Source of the DNA: an uncultured Azoarcus sp.
Lineage (GTDB): Bacteria > Pseudomonadota > Gammaproteobacteria > Burkholderiales > Rhodocyclaceae
DNA length: 24,000 nucleotides
NCBI GenBank assembly: GCA_964404505.1
Contig: CAYOKH010000019.1
Coordinates: forward strand, 1 to 24,000
Direction of reading: 5' to 3'
A program made the translations under genes and the position numbers. How positions within the stretch are numbered: the first letter of the stretch is position 1; each line of letters begins with the position of its first letter. The notes under the pieces are model-generated. The model made no database searches and was not told the DNA's origin. It saw only the letters and a list, made by a program, of their open reading frames with translations. Positions 8,036 to 18,413 of this stretch are shown here, piece by piece.

Positions 8036-9475
8036 ATGGCCGACGATAACGAGTTCTTCCGCCCGGTCAAGGACTTCTGCCAGCGACGAGTCGTCACATG
8101 CACCCCGAACGACTCGTTGGTGGATGTCGTCCAGATCATGCGCGAAAAGAATATCTCGAGCCTCGTGGTGTGCGAGGGGGACGTCCCGACGGGAATCCTT
8201 ACCGACCGCGATCTGCGCAACAAGGTCGTCGCTCCGGGCAGGGACCCGAAATCACTGCGCGTGTCCGACGTCATGAATGCACCGCTGAGTGTGATCGGCG
8301 AGAGTGATTTCCTGTACGAGGCGCTTTATCGCATGTCGCGCGAGGGCATCCATCGACTTGGCGTCGTGGATGCCGACGGCAGGCTCGCAGGCATCATCAC
8401 CGATACCGACATTCTCAGAGTTCAGGCACATTCGCCCCATCAGCTCGTCCTGGACATCGAAAAGGCGGGTACGCTCGAGGAGCTCAAAACCCTGCATCGG
8501 CGCATCCAGGCGCTGGTATTGCATCTGACCGGGACGGGCATCCGCACGCGCGACATGGTACGGTTGATCGCGAATCTGAACGACCAGATCCTGCTGCGTC
8601 TGATCGGACTGTTGCGCGAGAACCGTTTCACCGAGCTTCCGCAGGGCTTTGCCTTTGTCGTTCTCGGCAGCGAGGGACGCAGCGAGCAGACATTGTCCAC
8701 CGATCAGGACAATGCCCTGATCTACGCCGACGATCTGTCGGAACAGGACGTCGAACGGATCGCAGCGTTCGCGATCGCATTGATCGACTCCCTGATCGAG
8801 ATCGGGGTCCCCCCCTGCCCGGGCGGGATCATGGCAAAGAATCCCGCGTGGAGGAAGAGCCTGGCCCAGTGGAAGCGCGACATCGACCACTGGATTCTGA
8901 CACCCGTGCCCGAGCACGTCCTGCAAGGCAGCATGTTCGCCGACCTGCGCACGATATACGGCGATCGCACTCTGGAGCAGGATCTCAAGGCCCACATCTT
9001 CGCGCACCTGGACCGCAACGAGGGTTTCCTGATGCGGATGGCGAAGAACATGATGGGTTTCGCTCCCCCCCTGGGCTGGTTCGGCAGGATCAAGACCGAA
9101 CGCAAGGGCGAACACCGCGGCATGTTCGAGATCAAGAAGGCCGGAATCTTTGCCATCACCGACGGGATAAAAGCGCTGGCGCTGCAAGCCCGAAAACTCG
9201 ACGGCGGCACCCACAAGCGCATTGCCGCGCTGGTCGCCGCGGGTGTTCTGAATCCGCTGCAGGCCGATGACATCGAGGAAAGCTTCGAATTCCTCGTGCA
9301 CTTGAGACTGCGTGGGCATGTGCAGGCCGTGCGCAACGGGAAGACACCGACAAACTACATTGCTCTCGATCAGCTCAACCGCATGGAACAGGCCAGCCTA
9401 CGCGGTGCCCTGGAGGGCGTCGCAAAGTTCCAGGAATTCGTCCGCGGTCACTTCAACCTGCATCTGCTGCAATAG
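8036..9475 (+). CDS. CBS-pair + DUF294 putative nucleotidyltransferase (with DUF294_C substrate-binding domain)
   Basis: ORF 7922..9475 trimmed to the ATG at 8036 (MADDNEFFRPVKDF...). It has a tandem CBS region (VVTCTPNDSL...GILTDRDL...HRLGVVDADGRLAGIITDTDIL) and the pol-beta-type NTase motif GSEGRSEQTLSTDQDNALIY. Confidence 0.85.
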   Translation: MADDNEFFRPVKDFCQRRVVTCTPNDSLVDVVQIMREKNISSLVVCEGDVPTGILTDRDLRNKVVAPGRDPKSLRVSDVMNAPLSVIGESDFLYEALYRMSREGIHRLGVVDADGRLAGIITDTDILRVQAHSPHQLVLDIEKAGTLEELKTLHRRIQALVLHLTGTGIRTRDMVRLIANLNDQILLRLIGLLRENRFTELPQGFAFVVLGSEGRSEQTLSTDQDNALIYADDLSEQDVERIAAFAIALIDSLIEIGVPPCPGGIMAKNPAWRKSLAQWKRDIDHWILTPVPEHVLQGSMFADLRTIYGDRTLEQDLKAHIFAHLDRNEGFLMRMAKNMMGFAPPLGWFGRIKTERKGEHRGMFEIKKAGIFAITDGIKALALQARKLDGGTHKRIAALVAAGVLNPLQADDIEESFEFLVHLRLRGHVQAVRNGKTPTNYIALDQLNRMEQASLRGALEGVAKFQEFVRGHFNLHLLQ

Positions 9476-9553
9476 TCGATGGATCGAGCCTCCCACGGGC
9501 CGGGGTTTGCGCTGTTCCTCGCTTGTCGCCGACGGCTGGCGAAGCACGTCGGA

Positions 9554-11119
9554 TCACTCCCACTCGATCGTCGCCGGCGGCTTCCCGGAGATGTCGTAGA
9601 CGACGCGGTTGACACCCCGCACCTCGTTGATGATGCGGTTGCTCACCTTGCCGAGCAGACTGTGCGGCAGTTCCGCCCAGTGGGCGGTCATGAAGTCCTG
9701 GGTCTGCACGGCGCGGAGCGCGACGACGTACTCGTAGGTACGGCCGTCTCCCATGACGCCGACGCTTCTCACCGGCAGGAACACCGCGAAGGCCTGGCTG
9801 GTCTTGTCGTACCAGTCGGCGGCACGCAGTTCGTCGATGAAGATCGCATCGGCTTGGCGCAGGATGTCCGCGTGTTCCTTGCGGACCTCACCAAGTATCC
9901 GTACGCCCAGACCCGGGCCCGGAAACGGGTGCCGATAGACCATGTCGTGCGGCAAGCCCAGTGCAACGCCTAGTTCGCGCACTTCGTCCTTGAACAGTTC
10001 GCGAAGCGGTTCGAGAAGCTTCAGGTTGAGGGTCTCGGGCAAGCCCCCGACGTTGTGGTGACTCTTGATCGTATGGGCCTTGCCGGTCTTGCTGCCCGCC
10101 GATTCGATCACATCCGGGTAGATCGTACCCTGGGCGAGCCATCGCACGGCGGGCAGTTTCCGGGCTTCGGCCTGAAACACCTCGACGAACTCACGTCCGA
10201 TGATCTTGCGCTTCTGCTCCGGCTCGGAAACATCTTTCAGGTGCCCCATGAACTGCTCGGCAGCATCCACGTGGATCACCCGGACGCCCAGCGAGCGGGC
10301 GAAGGTCTGCATCACCTGCTCCGCTTCATTGAGGCGCAGCAGGCCGTTGTCGACGAATACGCAGGTGAGCTGGTCGCCGATGGCGCGGTGAATGAGCGCA
10401 GCGGCAACGGAGGAGTCCACCCCGCCCGACAGCCCCAGGATGACCTCGTCGGCACCGACCTGATCGCGGATCCGCGCAACCGCCTCGGCAACGTAGTCGG
10501 GCATGTTCCAGTCCCGACCGCAACCGCAGATACCATGCACGAAGCGGGCGATGATGTCCTTGCCCTTGAGCGTATGCGTGACCTCGGGATGAAACTGGAC
10601 GCCGTAGAAGCCGCGCTCCTCGTCGGCCATCGCCGCGATGGGGGTGGATTCGTTGCTGCCGATGAGCTTGAAGCCGGGCGGCAGGCCGGTGACCTTGTCG
10701 CCGTGGCTCATCCACACGTCGAGCAATCCGTGGCCGTGCTCGTTGCTACGGTCCTGGATGCCTTCGAACAGGCGTGAATGGCCGTGTGCACGCATTTCGG
10801 CGTAACCGAACTCGCGCTTGCTCGAACTTTCGACCGTACCGCCGAGTTGCGCTGCCATGGTCTGCATCCCGTAGCAGATCCCCAGCACCGGAACGCCGAG
10901 TTCGAACACGAGTTGCGGCGCACGCCACTCGCTCGCCTCGTACACCGAATTCGGACCACCGGAAAGGATGATTCCCCTCGGATCGAATTCGCGAATGAAG
11001 TCCTCGGATACGTCGAAGGGATGAAGCTCGCAGTACACTTGCTGCTCCCGGACGCGCCGCGCAATTAGCTGCGTCACTTGGGAACCGAAGTCCAGGATCA
11101 GGATTTTCTGGTGGGACAT
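9554..11119 (-). CDS. guaA: GMP synthase (glutamine-hydrolysing)
   Basis: ORF trimmed to the ATG at 11119 ([14 protein letters not shown]...). It has a GATase domain, the PP-loop LSGGVDSSV, and the conserved C-terminus ...PPATIEWE. Confidence 0.96.
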   Translation of the reverse strand: MSHQKILILDFGSQVTQLIARRVREQQVYCELHPFDVSEDFIREFDPRGIILSGGPNSVYEASEWRAPQLVFELGVPVLGICYGMQTMAAQLGGTVESSSKREFGYAEMRAHGHSRLFEGIQDRSNEHGHGLLDVWMSHGDKVTGLPPGFKLIGSNESTPIAAMADEERGFYGVQFHPEVTHTLKGKDIIARFVHGICGCGRDWNMPDYVAEAVARIRDQVGADEVILGLSGGVDSSVAAALIHRAIGDQLTCVFVDNGLLRLNEAEQVMQTFARSLGVRVIHVDAAEQFMGHLKDVSEPEQKRKIIGREFVEVFQAEARKLPAVRWLAQGTIYPDVIESAGSKTGKAHTIKSHHNVGGLPETLNLKLLEPLRELFKDEVRELGVALGLPHDMVYRHPFPGPGLGVRILGEVRKEHADILRQADAIFIDELRAADWYDKTSQAFAVFLPVRSVGVMGDGRTYEYVVALRAVQTQDFMTAHWAELPHSLLGKVSNRIINEVRGVNRVVYDISGKPPATIEWE

Positions 11120-11142
11120 GGGTTGCTCTCTACAAATGAGAA

Positions 11143-11160
11143 GGGCGGCCGTGGCCGCCC
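11143..11160 (-). terminator. GC hairpin in the guaB-guaA spacer (GGGCGGCC-AC-GGCCGCCC on the minus strand) followed by TTCTCATTTGT
   Basis: Read directly from the sequence. It sits in the 60-nt spacer between the guaB stop (11180) and the guaA ATG (11119). It is a possible partial terminator or attenuator, or a processing/stability element. Confidence 0.3.
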
Positions 11161-11179
11161 GGCAGGCCGTCACGAAACT

Positions 11180-12706
<1,527 letters not shown>

Positions 12707-12722
12707 TTATCGGAGCCGCCCA

Positions 12723-13181
12723 ATGTTCAAGTCATGCATGTTCATCCTTGTCCTCTTTCTTGCCCTGCCCGCGACCGGCCAGATCTATGAATGGCGCGAT
12801 GCCGAGGGGCGTCTCAATTACTCGGATCAGGCGCCCACGGGCGTCGCAGCAAGGCTCATCCGCCCGGGCAGGTCACCTTCGGCGGCCGAGGAAGCCGCGG
12901 AGGAGGCCAGCGACCCCCCATCCCTGGAGGAGCGCGAACTCGAGTTCCGCGAGCGACGGGCCGAGGCAGCGACGGCCCAGGCCAGGGCGGAGCAGGAAAG
13001 GCAGCAGGCGGAAGAACGCGAGCGCATGTGCACCCAGGCACGGAATCAACTGGCGGCCCTTCAGTCCGGGCAGCGCATAACCCGTTTCAATGAACGTGGC
13101 GAAAGGGAATTTCTCGATGACGTCGAACGCGCGGTCGAAATTACGCGCGCCCAGGACTACGTCAGCGCCAACTGCCAGTGA
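12723..13181 (+). CDS. DUF4124 domain-containing secreted protein
   Basis: ORF trimmed to the ATG at 12723. It has a signal-peptide-like N-terminus MFKSCMFILVLFLALPATG and the DUF4124-type motif IYEWRDAEGRLNYSDQAP. It also has a Glu/Arg/Ala-rich helical region. Confidence 0.75.
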   Translation: MFKSCMFILVLFLALPATGQIYEWRDAEGRLNYSDQAPTGVAARLIRPGRSPSAAEEAAEEASDPPSLEERELEFRERRAEAATAQARAEQERQQAEERERMCTQARNQLAALQSGQRITRFNERGEREFLDDVERAVEITRAQDYVSANCQ

Positions 13182-13213
13182 ATACGCATGCACATGGGTT
13201 ATGGGGATAACGG

Positions 13214-13537
13214 TTAGGCGCCTTCGGCTTCTCCACCACCCTTTTTCATCGTCTTGCCTTCTTCGGCGCGCTTCTTGCGTACCGCCTTGGGGTCGGCGAT
13301 GAGGGGACGATAGATTTCCACCCGATCCTTGTCTCGCAGTACTGCATCGGTCCGGGCGAGCTTGGCGAAGATGCCGACCATGTTACGCCCGTCGACCTCG
13401 ATCTCGGGATACGCTTCGAGCAGACCCGAGGCCGCGACCGCATCGCCCACGGTCGCCCCCTCCGGAAGGACCAGTTTCACCAGCTCCTGCCGTTGCGGCA
13501 AGGCGTAGCAAACCTCCACATTGATCATCTGTGCCAC
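13214..13537 (-). CDS. rnfH: RnfH family protein (UPF0125; RatB/YfjF homologue, beta-grasp fold)
   Basis: INVEVCYALPQRQ...DRVEIYRPLIADPK aligns with my recollection of E. coli YfjF. The GTG start at 13537 follows GGAAGG and lies 1 nt after the ratA stop. The ATG at 13528 is an alternative start. Confidence 0.85.
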   Translation of the reverse strand: MAQMINVEVCYALPQRQELVKLVLPEGATVGDAVAASGLLEAYPEIEVDGRNMVGIFAKLARTDAVLRDKDRVEIYRPLIADPKAVRKKRAEEGKTMKKGGGEAEGA

Positions 13538-13538
13538 T

Positions 13539-13976
13539 TCAGCCCTTCCGGTAAATCTGCTCGGCGCGCTTCACGAAGGAGTCGACGAACGTGTTGGCAA
13601 TGTGATTGAACACCGGCCCAAGGACCTTCTCCAACAACCTGCTGGAAAATTGATAATGAAGTTTGAATTCGATCTTGCACGCCGTGGCGCCCAGCGGGGT
13701 AAAGAACCAACCGCCCTCCAGATGCGTGAACGGCCCTTTCTTCAACTGGATGTGCATCTCGAAAGGTCGGCGCTTGGTGTTCTCCGTCGTGAAGTTTGCC
13801 TTGATCCCGTGGTAGTTGATATGGATCGTTGCCACTGTCAGCGTGTCGGTGCGTTCGTGCAGGTCGGCGCCACCACACCAGGGCAGGAAATCCCGGTAGT
13901 CCTCGCAACGGTCGACAAGCTCGAACATCTGTTCGGGGGTGAATTCTATCAGGACGAGTTTCTTGACGTCGGCCAT
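13539..13976 (-). CDS. ratA: SRPBCC/START-fold protein RatA (YfjG; Coq10-like, annotated as a type II toxin)
   Basis: 145 aa. YRDFLPWC...GPFTHLEGGWFFTPLG...CKIEF aligns with E. coli RatA. It is divergent from smpB, as in E. coli. Confidence 0.85.
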   Translation of the reverse strand: MADVKKLVLIEFTPEQMFELVDRCEDYRDFLPWCGGADLHERTDTLTVATIHINYHGIKANFTTENTKRRPFEMHIQLKKGPFTHLEGGWFFTPLGATACKIEFKLHYQFSSRLLEKVLGPVFNHIANTFVDSFVKRAEQIYRKG

Positions 13977-13978
13977 GT

Positions 13979-14007
13979 TTGGGAAGGGTAGTACGAGCTG
14001 CTAAAAT
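13979..14007 (+). promoter_or_regulatory. candidate sigma-70 promoter for smpB: -35 TTGGGA, 17-nt spacer, -10 TAAAAT
   Basis: Hexamers read directly from the sequence. The -10 ends 53 nt upstream of the smpB ATG. Confidence 0.35.
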
Positions 14008-14060
14008 GATCGATTCTACCGCAAGCAACGATTGCCCGAGGCCCCGGATACCCACCACCC

Positions 14061-14507
14061 ATGAGCATCATCGACAACCGAAAGGCGTTTCATGACTACT
14101 TCATAGAGGAGAAGTTCGAGGCCGGACTCGTCCTCGAGGGCTGGGAGGTCAAGGCGATCCGCGCCGGGCGGGCCAACATCAAGGAGGCGTACGTCATCGT
14201 CCGTGACGAGGAGATCTTCATCCTCGGCATGCATATCACGCCGCTCACCAGCGCATCGACGCACGTGCGAGCCGATCCCACCCGGACCCGCAAGCTGCTG
14301 CTTCACGGGGGCGAAATCGCCAAGCTTATCGGCAAGGTCGAGCGTTCCGGCTTTACCCTCGTGCCGCTTGATCTGCACTTTTCCAAGGGACGCATCAAGG
14401 CCACGATCGGACTGGCCAAGGGAAAGAAGATGTACGACAAGCGAGAAGACGAGAAGACGCGCGATTGGGAACGCGAAAAGGCCCGCCTGATGCGGATCAA
14501 GGCCTGA
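14061..14507 (+). CDS. smpB: SsrA(tmRNA)-binding protein
   Basis: 148 aa. It has [26 protein letters not shown] and a basic C-terminal tail. Confidence 0.96.
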   Translation: MSIIDNRKAFHDYFIEEKFEAGLVLEGWEVKAIRAGRANIKEAYVIVRDEEIFILGMHITPLTSASTHVRADPTRTRKLLLHGGEIAKLIGKVERSGFTLVPLDLHFSKGRIKATIGLAKGKKMYDKREDEKTRDWEREKARLMRIKA

Positions 14508-14549
14508 GCGTCGCCGTCAGCCTCCACAATCCTCCGGAGACTCGTCAAC

Positions 14550-15128
14550 ATGATCGTCCTGATCCTCGGCCTCGTAGTGTTTCTCGGCACCCATTCGGTA
14601 CGCATCTTCGCCGACCAGTGGCGCACCGGCCAGGTCGCCCGATTCGGAGAACTGCAATGGAAGGCGCTCTACACGATCGTCTCGATTGCGGGATTCGTGC
14701 TCATCATCTGGGGCTACGGCCTGGCGCGGCTCGACCCGGTTTACCTGTGGGTTCCCCCAGTATGGACGAGGCATCTTGCAGCGCTCCTGACACTGCCTGC
14801 CTTCGTTCTCCTGGTCGCTGCCTACGTGCCCGGCACCCGTATCCGGGCCCGTATGGGACACCCGATGCTGGTCGGCACGAAACTTTGGGCTTTCGCGCAC
14901 CTGATTGCGAACGGAACGCTCGCCGACGTGTTGCTGTTCGGCAGCTTCCTGATCTGGGCGGTAGCCGCTTTCATTTCGTCGCGCAGACGTGACCGGGCGA
15001 GCGGAATCGTACGTCAGGCAATGGGCATTCGCTACGATGCCGCTGCCATCGCGACCGGCGTGGTACTTTGGTTCGTGTTTGCCGTTTATCTGCACGGCTG
15101 GCTGTTCGGAATCCGTCCGTTCGGGTGA
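14550..15128 (+). CDS. NnrU family membrane protein
   Basis: 192 aa with several hydrophobic helices and an NnrU-like pattern (FLGTHS..., WAFAHLIANG). The ATG follows GGAGA. Confidence 0.8.
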   Translation: MIVLILGLVVFLGTHSVRIFADQWRTGQVARFGELQWKALYTIVSIAGFVLIIWGYGLARLDPVYLWVPPVWTRHLAALLTLPAFVLLVAAYVPGTRIRARMGHPMLVGTKLWAFAHLIANGTLADVLLFGSFLIWAVAAFISSRRRDRASGIVRQAMGIRYDAAAIATGVVLWFVFAVYLHGWLFGIRPFG

Positions 15129-15278
15129 GACGGCAGGATTCGATGACTGCGTAACGACGGCGCGCCATGATTCGGCGCGAAGCCGTTCATGTTCGCATCC
15201 CGTTCCACCTTCGCGAGTGGTGTTCAAACGACATCGTCCTTAGCACGCATCGCGTCCGAGTCCTTCCCGTTGCTGGGC

Positions 15279-15284
15279 TATAAT
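15279..15284 (+). promoter_or_regulatory. candidate -10 element (perfect TATAAT) upstream of fabI; no convincing -35
   Basis: A TATAAT hexamer lies 32 nt upstream of the fabI ATG, in GC-rich surroundings. Confidence 0.3.
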
Positions 15285-15315
15285 CCGGCGATCAACAAAT
15301 TGGAGAAACACCACG

Positions 15316-16107
15316 ATGGGCTTCCTTTCCGGAAAACGCATCCTGATAACCGGGCTTCTCAGCAATCGGTCGATCTCCTACGGAATCGCCAAGGCCATGC
15401 ACCGTGAAGGGGCCGAACTCGCTTTTGCCTACCAGAACGAGCGTTTCAAGGAGCGCGTCTCGAAAATGGCTGCCGAATTCGGCAGCACCCTGGTAATTCC
15501 CTGCGATGTCCAGACCGATGCGGAGATAGCGAGCCTGTTCGACGAAATTGCCCGTGTCTGGGACGGACTGGACGGCTTCGTGCACTCGATCGCCTATGCG
15601 CCCACGGAAGCCCTCGAGGGCGACTTTCTCGACGCCTTCTCGCGCGACGCCTTCCGCATCTCCCAGGAAATCAGCGCAGCAAGCTTCCCGCTGATGGCAA
15701 AGGCCGCCCGCCCGCTGATGAAGGGCCGCAATGGCGCAATGCTGACGATGTCCTATCTGGGGGCAATCCGCACCATGCCCAACTACAACATCATGGGCCT
15801 CGCCAAGGCCAGTCTGGAAGCCTCGGTGCGCTATCTCGCCGTGTGCCTGGGTCCCGAAGGAACCCGGGTCAATGCGATCTCGGCGGGTCCGATCAAGACA
15901 CTTGCCGCCGCGGGGATCGGAAATTTCAGCAAGCTGCTGTCCTTCAATGAACGGAATGCCCCGCTGCGCCGCAACGTCACCATCGAAGAGGTCGGCAATG
16001 CGGCGGCATTCCTGTGTTCGGATCTAGCCAGCGGCGTGACCGGCGAGATCATGTATGTCGATGGCGGCTTCAACACCACTGCGCTGGGGAACTCCGAGCA
16101 GGGTTGA
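15316..16107 (+). CDS. fabI: enoyl-[acyl-carrier-protein] reductase (NADH) FabI
   Basis: 263 aa. It has the N-terminus [22 protein letters not shown] and an SDR-type Tyr/Lys region (MGLAKASLE). Confidence 0.95.
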   Translation: MGFLSGKRILITGLLSNRSISYGIAKAMHREGAELAFAYQNERFKERVSKMAAEFGSTLVIPCDVQTDAEIASLFDEIARVWDGLDGFVHSIAYAPTEALEGDFLDAFSRDAFRISQEISAASFPLMAKAARPLMKGRNGAMLTMSYLGAIRTMPNYNIMGLAKASLEASVRYLAVCLGPEGTRVNAISAGPIKTLAAAGIGNFSKLLSFNERNAPLRRNVTIEEVGNAAAFLCSDLASGVTGEIMYVDGGFNTTALGNSEQG

Positions 16108-16136
16108 GGAACCTCACCTGCGCCGACGCCAGCAAG

Positions 16137-16167
16137 AAGCCCGGCATGTGGCCGGGCTTTCACTTTT
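16137..16167 (+). terminator. rho-independent terminator after fabI (stem AAGCCCGGC / GCCGGGCTT, loop ATGTG, then TCACTTTT)
   Basis: A 9-bp GC-rich perfect stem followed by a T-rich tail. It lies between the convergent fabI (stop 16107) and ppiD (stop 16182), so it may also act on ppiD, though there is no T-tract in that direction. Confidence 0.7.
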
Positions 16168-16181
16168 CCGGGCCGGCGGCC

Positions 16182-18083
16182 TCAGCGTTCCGGGCCACCC
16201 CGCAATGCCGCAGCGCGAATCTCGACCTTGTAACGCTCCCTGAGCGAAGACAGGTAGGCCGCGAAATCCTTGTCGGCCACGAGTCTTGCATACTCGTCGG
16301 CAAGCATCTGCAGACGCGGATCATTCTCGCCGGGTTCGGGTCGATTCACCGACTCCACGCGGTAGATCGTGTAGGTCCCATCGGGAGCCACCGCACCGAC
16401 GTGAGCAGGCAGATCCCTGACGGAAGCCCCGAACACGGCCCGCAACGCCGCAGGCGGCAGGGTCGGTTCCTCGCGGCGGACGGCGCGCACTGCACTCCAC
16501 TGCACCTCCGGAGTTTCGCCCGCAACAAGCCGGGCGAGCACCGCCTCACCACGCTCACGCGCAATTCTGACGCCTTCCTCCTCACGCAACTGCTCTTCGA
16601 TGGCCGAGCGCACCTCCTCGAAGGCGAGGCGTTGCGCCTCCTCGTATTCGATCACCCGTGCGGAAACCAGCGTCCCCCGCTCGACTTCGATGGCTTCGAT
16701 GTTTTCGCCGTTCACGCGCACATCCTCGGAGAAGAGCGCGCTGACCAGCCGTTCGTCATTGAAGCGCCCGACGCGCCCGTTTTCCCGGCTGATCCAGTCC
16801 GTCGTGCGAATTTCCAGTCCCAGCGTCTCGGCGGCGGGCTCTAGACTGTCGGGCTGCTCGTACACGATGTTGGCAAACTGCTCGGCCAACAGCGCGAACT
16901 GGCGCGCAACCTCCTGGCGTCCGAGCTCGCCGACGATCTCCTCGCGCACCTGTTCGAGCGGCAACACCGTGCTCGGCTTGACGCCGGTAAGTTGAATGAT
17001 GTGGAAACCGAAGTCAGAGCGCACGACATCGCTGATGGCACCCTCGGAGAGACTGAAGACGGCATCCTCGAACGCCTGTACCATCGCCCCCGGGCCGAAG
17101 AAACCAAGGTCGCCGCCACTTTCGGCCGAACCCGGATCCTCGGATTCGGCTCTCGCGAGTTCCTCGAACCGCTCCGGCTGATCGCGCAGGGTGTCCAGTA
17201 GCTGCTGCGCCTTGTTCCGCGCCGCTTCAACCTCGGCGGCTGAGGCGTCCGGTCCGGCCTGGATCAGGATGTGGCGCGCCCGATGTTCTTCAGGCTGCCC
17301 GAAGCGGTCCGGGTTGCTCGCATAGAACTGCTCAACGTCGGCATCGGAGACTTCGATACGGGCCAGAAGGGCTTCGTGGTCGAGGACCACATACTCGGCA
17401 CGCAGGCGCGGCGGCCTTTCGAACCGCGACGGATTCGCGTCATAGTACGCCCGCACTGCCTCGTCCGTGATGGCTACTTCATCGACGTAGCGCACGGCCG
17501 GAAAATCGACTTCGCGGATCTCTCGCTCCTCGAGCTGTGCAAGCAGAAGCCGCCTGGCCGAGGCGAGCCCGACGAAGGCGGATTCGCCAACCGCCTGGGC
17601 GATCTGCTGCGTGCGCAGATCCTGTGCGAGCTGGCGCTCGAACATCGCAGGCGACATTCCCTGCGCACGCAGCAGCGCCTCGTAGCGATTGAGGGAGAAT
17701 CGTCCTTCGTCCTGGAAAGCCGGAAGTGAAACGATGACTTCCTGGACCTGCTGATCCGTCACGACCATGCGGTTCTCAAGCGCATGCAACAGCAGAATGC
17801 GCTGATTGATCAGGCTTTCGAGCACGGCGCGGCGGAACGCCTCGGACTCGAACTGGGCCCGGTCGATCTGGCCACCGGTTGTATCGCGTATACGATCCTG
17901 CTGTTGGCGCAGTGCCTGATCGAATTCCATCACCGAGATTTTCGAGCCGCCTACGGTGGCGACCTCGGCACTTCCGGGCGAACCGCTGAAATAGGCGTCC
18001 ATACCGAAGAAAGCGAACGGGACAATGATGATCGCGAGGATCACCTGCGAGATACGCTTGTTTTTGCGAACTGCCTCAAACAT
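16182..18083 (-). CDS. ppiD: periplasmic chaperone / peptidyl-prolyl isomerase PpiD
   Basis: 633 aa. It has an N-terminal membrane anchor (ISQVILAIIIVPFAFFGMDAYF), a SurA-N-like region, and a parvulin domain (ARHILIQ...GGDLGFFGPGAMVQAFEDAVF). Confidence 0.9.
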   Translation of the reverse strand: MFEAVRKNKRISQVILAIIIVPFAFFGMDAYFSGSPGSAEVATVGGSKISVMEFDQALRQQQDRIRDTTGGQIDRAQFESEAFRRAVLESLINQRILLLHALENRMVVTDQQVQEVIVSLPAFQDEGRFSLNRYEALLRAQGMSPAMFERQLAQDLRTQQIAQAVGESAFVGLASARRLLLAQLEEREIREVDFPAVRYVDEVAITDEAVRAYYDANPSRFERPPRLRAEYVVLDHEALLARIEVSDADVEQFYASNPDRFGQPEEHRARHILIQAGPDASAAEVEAARNKAQQLLDTLRDQPERFEELARAESEDPGSAESGGDLGFFGPGAMVQAFEDAVFSLSEGAISDVVRSDFGFHIIQLTGVKPSTVLPLEQVREEIVGELGRQEVARQFALLAEQFANIVYEQPDSLEPAAETLGLEIRTTDWISRENGRVGRFNDERLVSALFSEDVRVNGENIEAIEVERGTLVSARVIEYEEAQRLAFEEVRSAIEEQLREEEGVRIARERGEAVLARLVAGETPEVQWSAVRAVRREEPTLPPAALRAVFGASVRDLPAHVGAVAPDGTYTIYRVESVNRPEPGENDPRLQMLADEYARLVADKDFAAYLSSLRERYKVEIRAAALRGGPER

Positions 18084-18351
18084 CGACTGGTTTCCATTTA
18101 ATCGAGCACGGATGGGACACGTCTGGTCTTTTCGCCTGCGTCCGACCGGGGATTATCGCATTGTGCCGGCCCGCAGGCCAGAACATGCGCCACGCACCGT
18201 CGCGCGGTGCCGACCTCCGCCCGCCTTCGCGGACACCTGAACCTTGTGGAAACGAATGTGTCCGCCACCCCGCCTGCCGGAGAGCCAGAGGCCCAACGAA
18301 ATTCCGTCAAGAATCAGGCGTCCTTGCTTGCGACGCGAGGGCACAGGAAGG

Positions 18352-18384
18352 TACCGGCACGAACCGCGGGCGGCCGTGCCGGTA
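18352..18384 (-). terminator. hairpin 30 nt downstream of the clpB stop (TACCGGCACG / CGTGCCGGTA, 13-nt loop); no U-tract
   Basis: A 10-bp perfect inverted repeat read directly from the sequence. The lack of a T-run lowers confidence that it is an intrinsic terminator. Confidence 0.35.
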
Positions 18385-18413
18385 TCGACGCTGGACCAGT
18401 CCGGCCGAAGCGC

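Noticed and set aside
6429-9319. Minus-strand ORFs of 263, 320, 181, 211, 355 and 204 aa opposite the Lpd-like and DUF294 genes
   Set aside because: All are antisense shadows of + strand genes that carry clear catalytic motifs. None has a recognisable domain.
13525-14058. 177-aa minus-strand ORF overlapping ratA in another frame
   Set aside because: The ratA frame gives a product colinear with E. coli RatA. The alternative frame is Arg/Pro/Gly/His-rich nonsense.
14517-16844. 236-aa minus-strand ORF opposite nnrU, and 276-aa + strand ORF opposite the end of fabI and ppiD
   Set aside because: They are antisense to, or overlap, supported genes. There are no motifs, and the 276-aa ORF would have to read through the fabI terminator hairpin.
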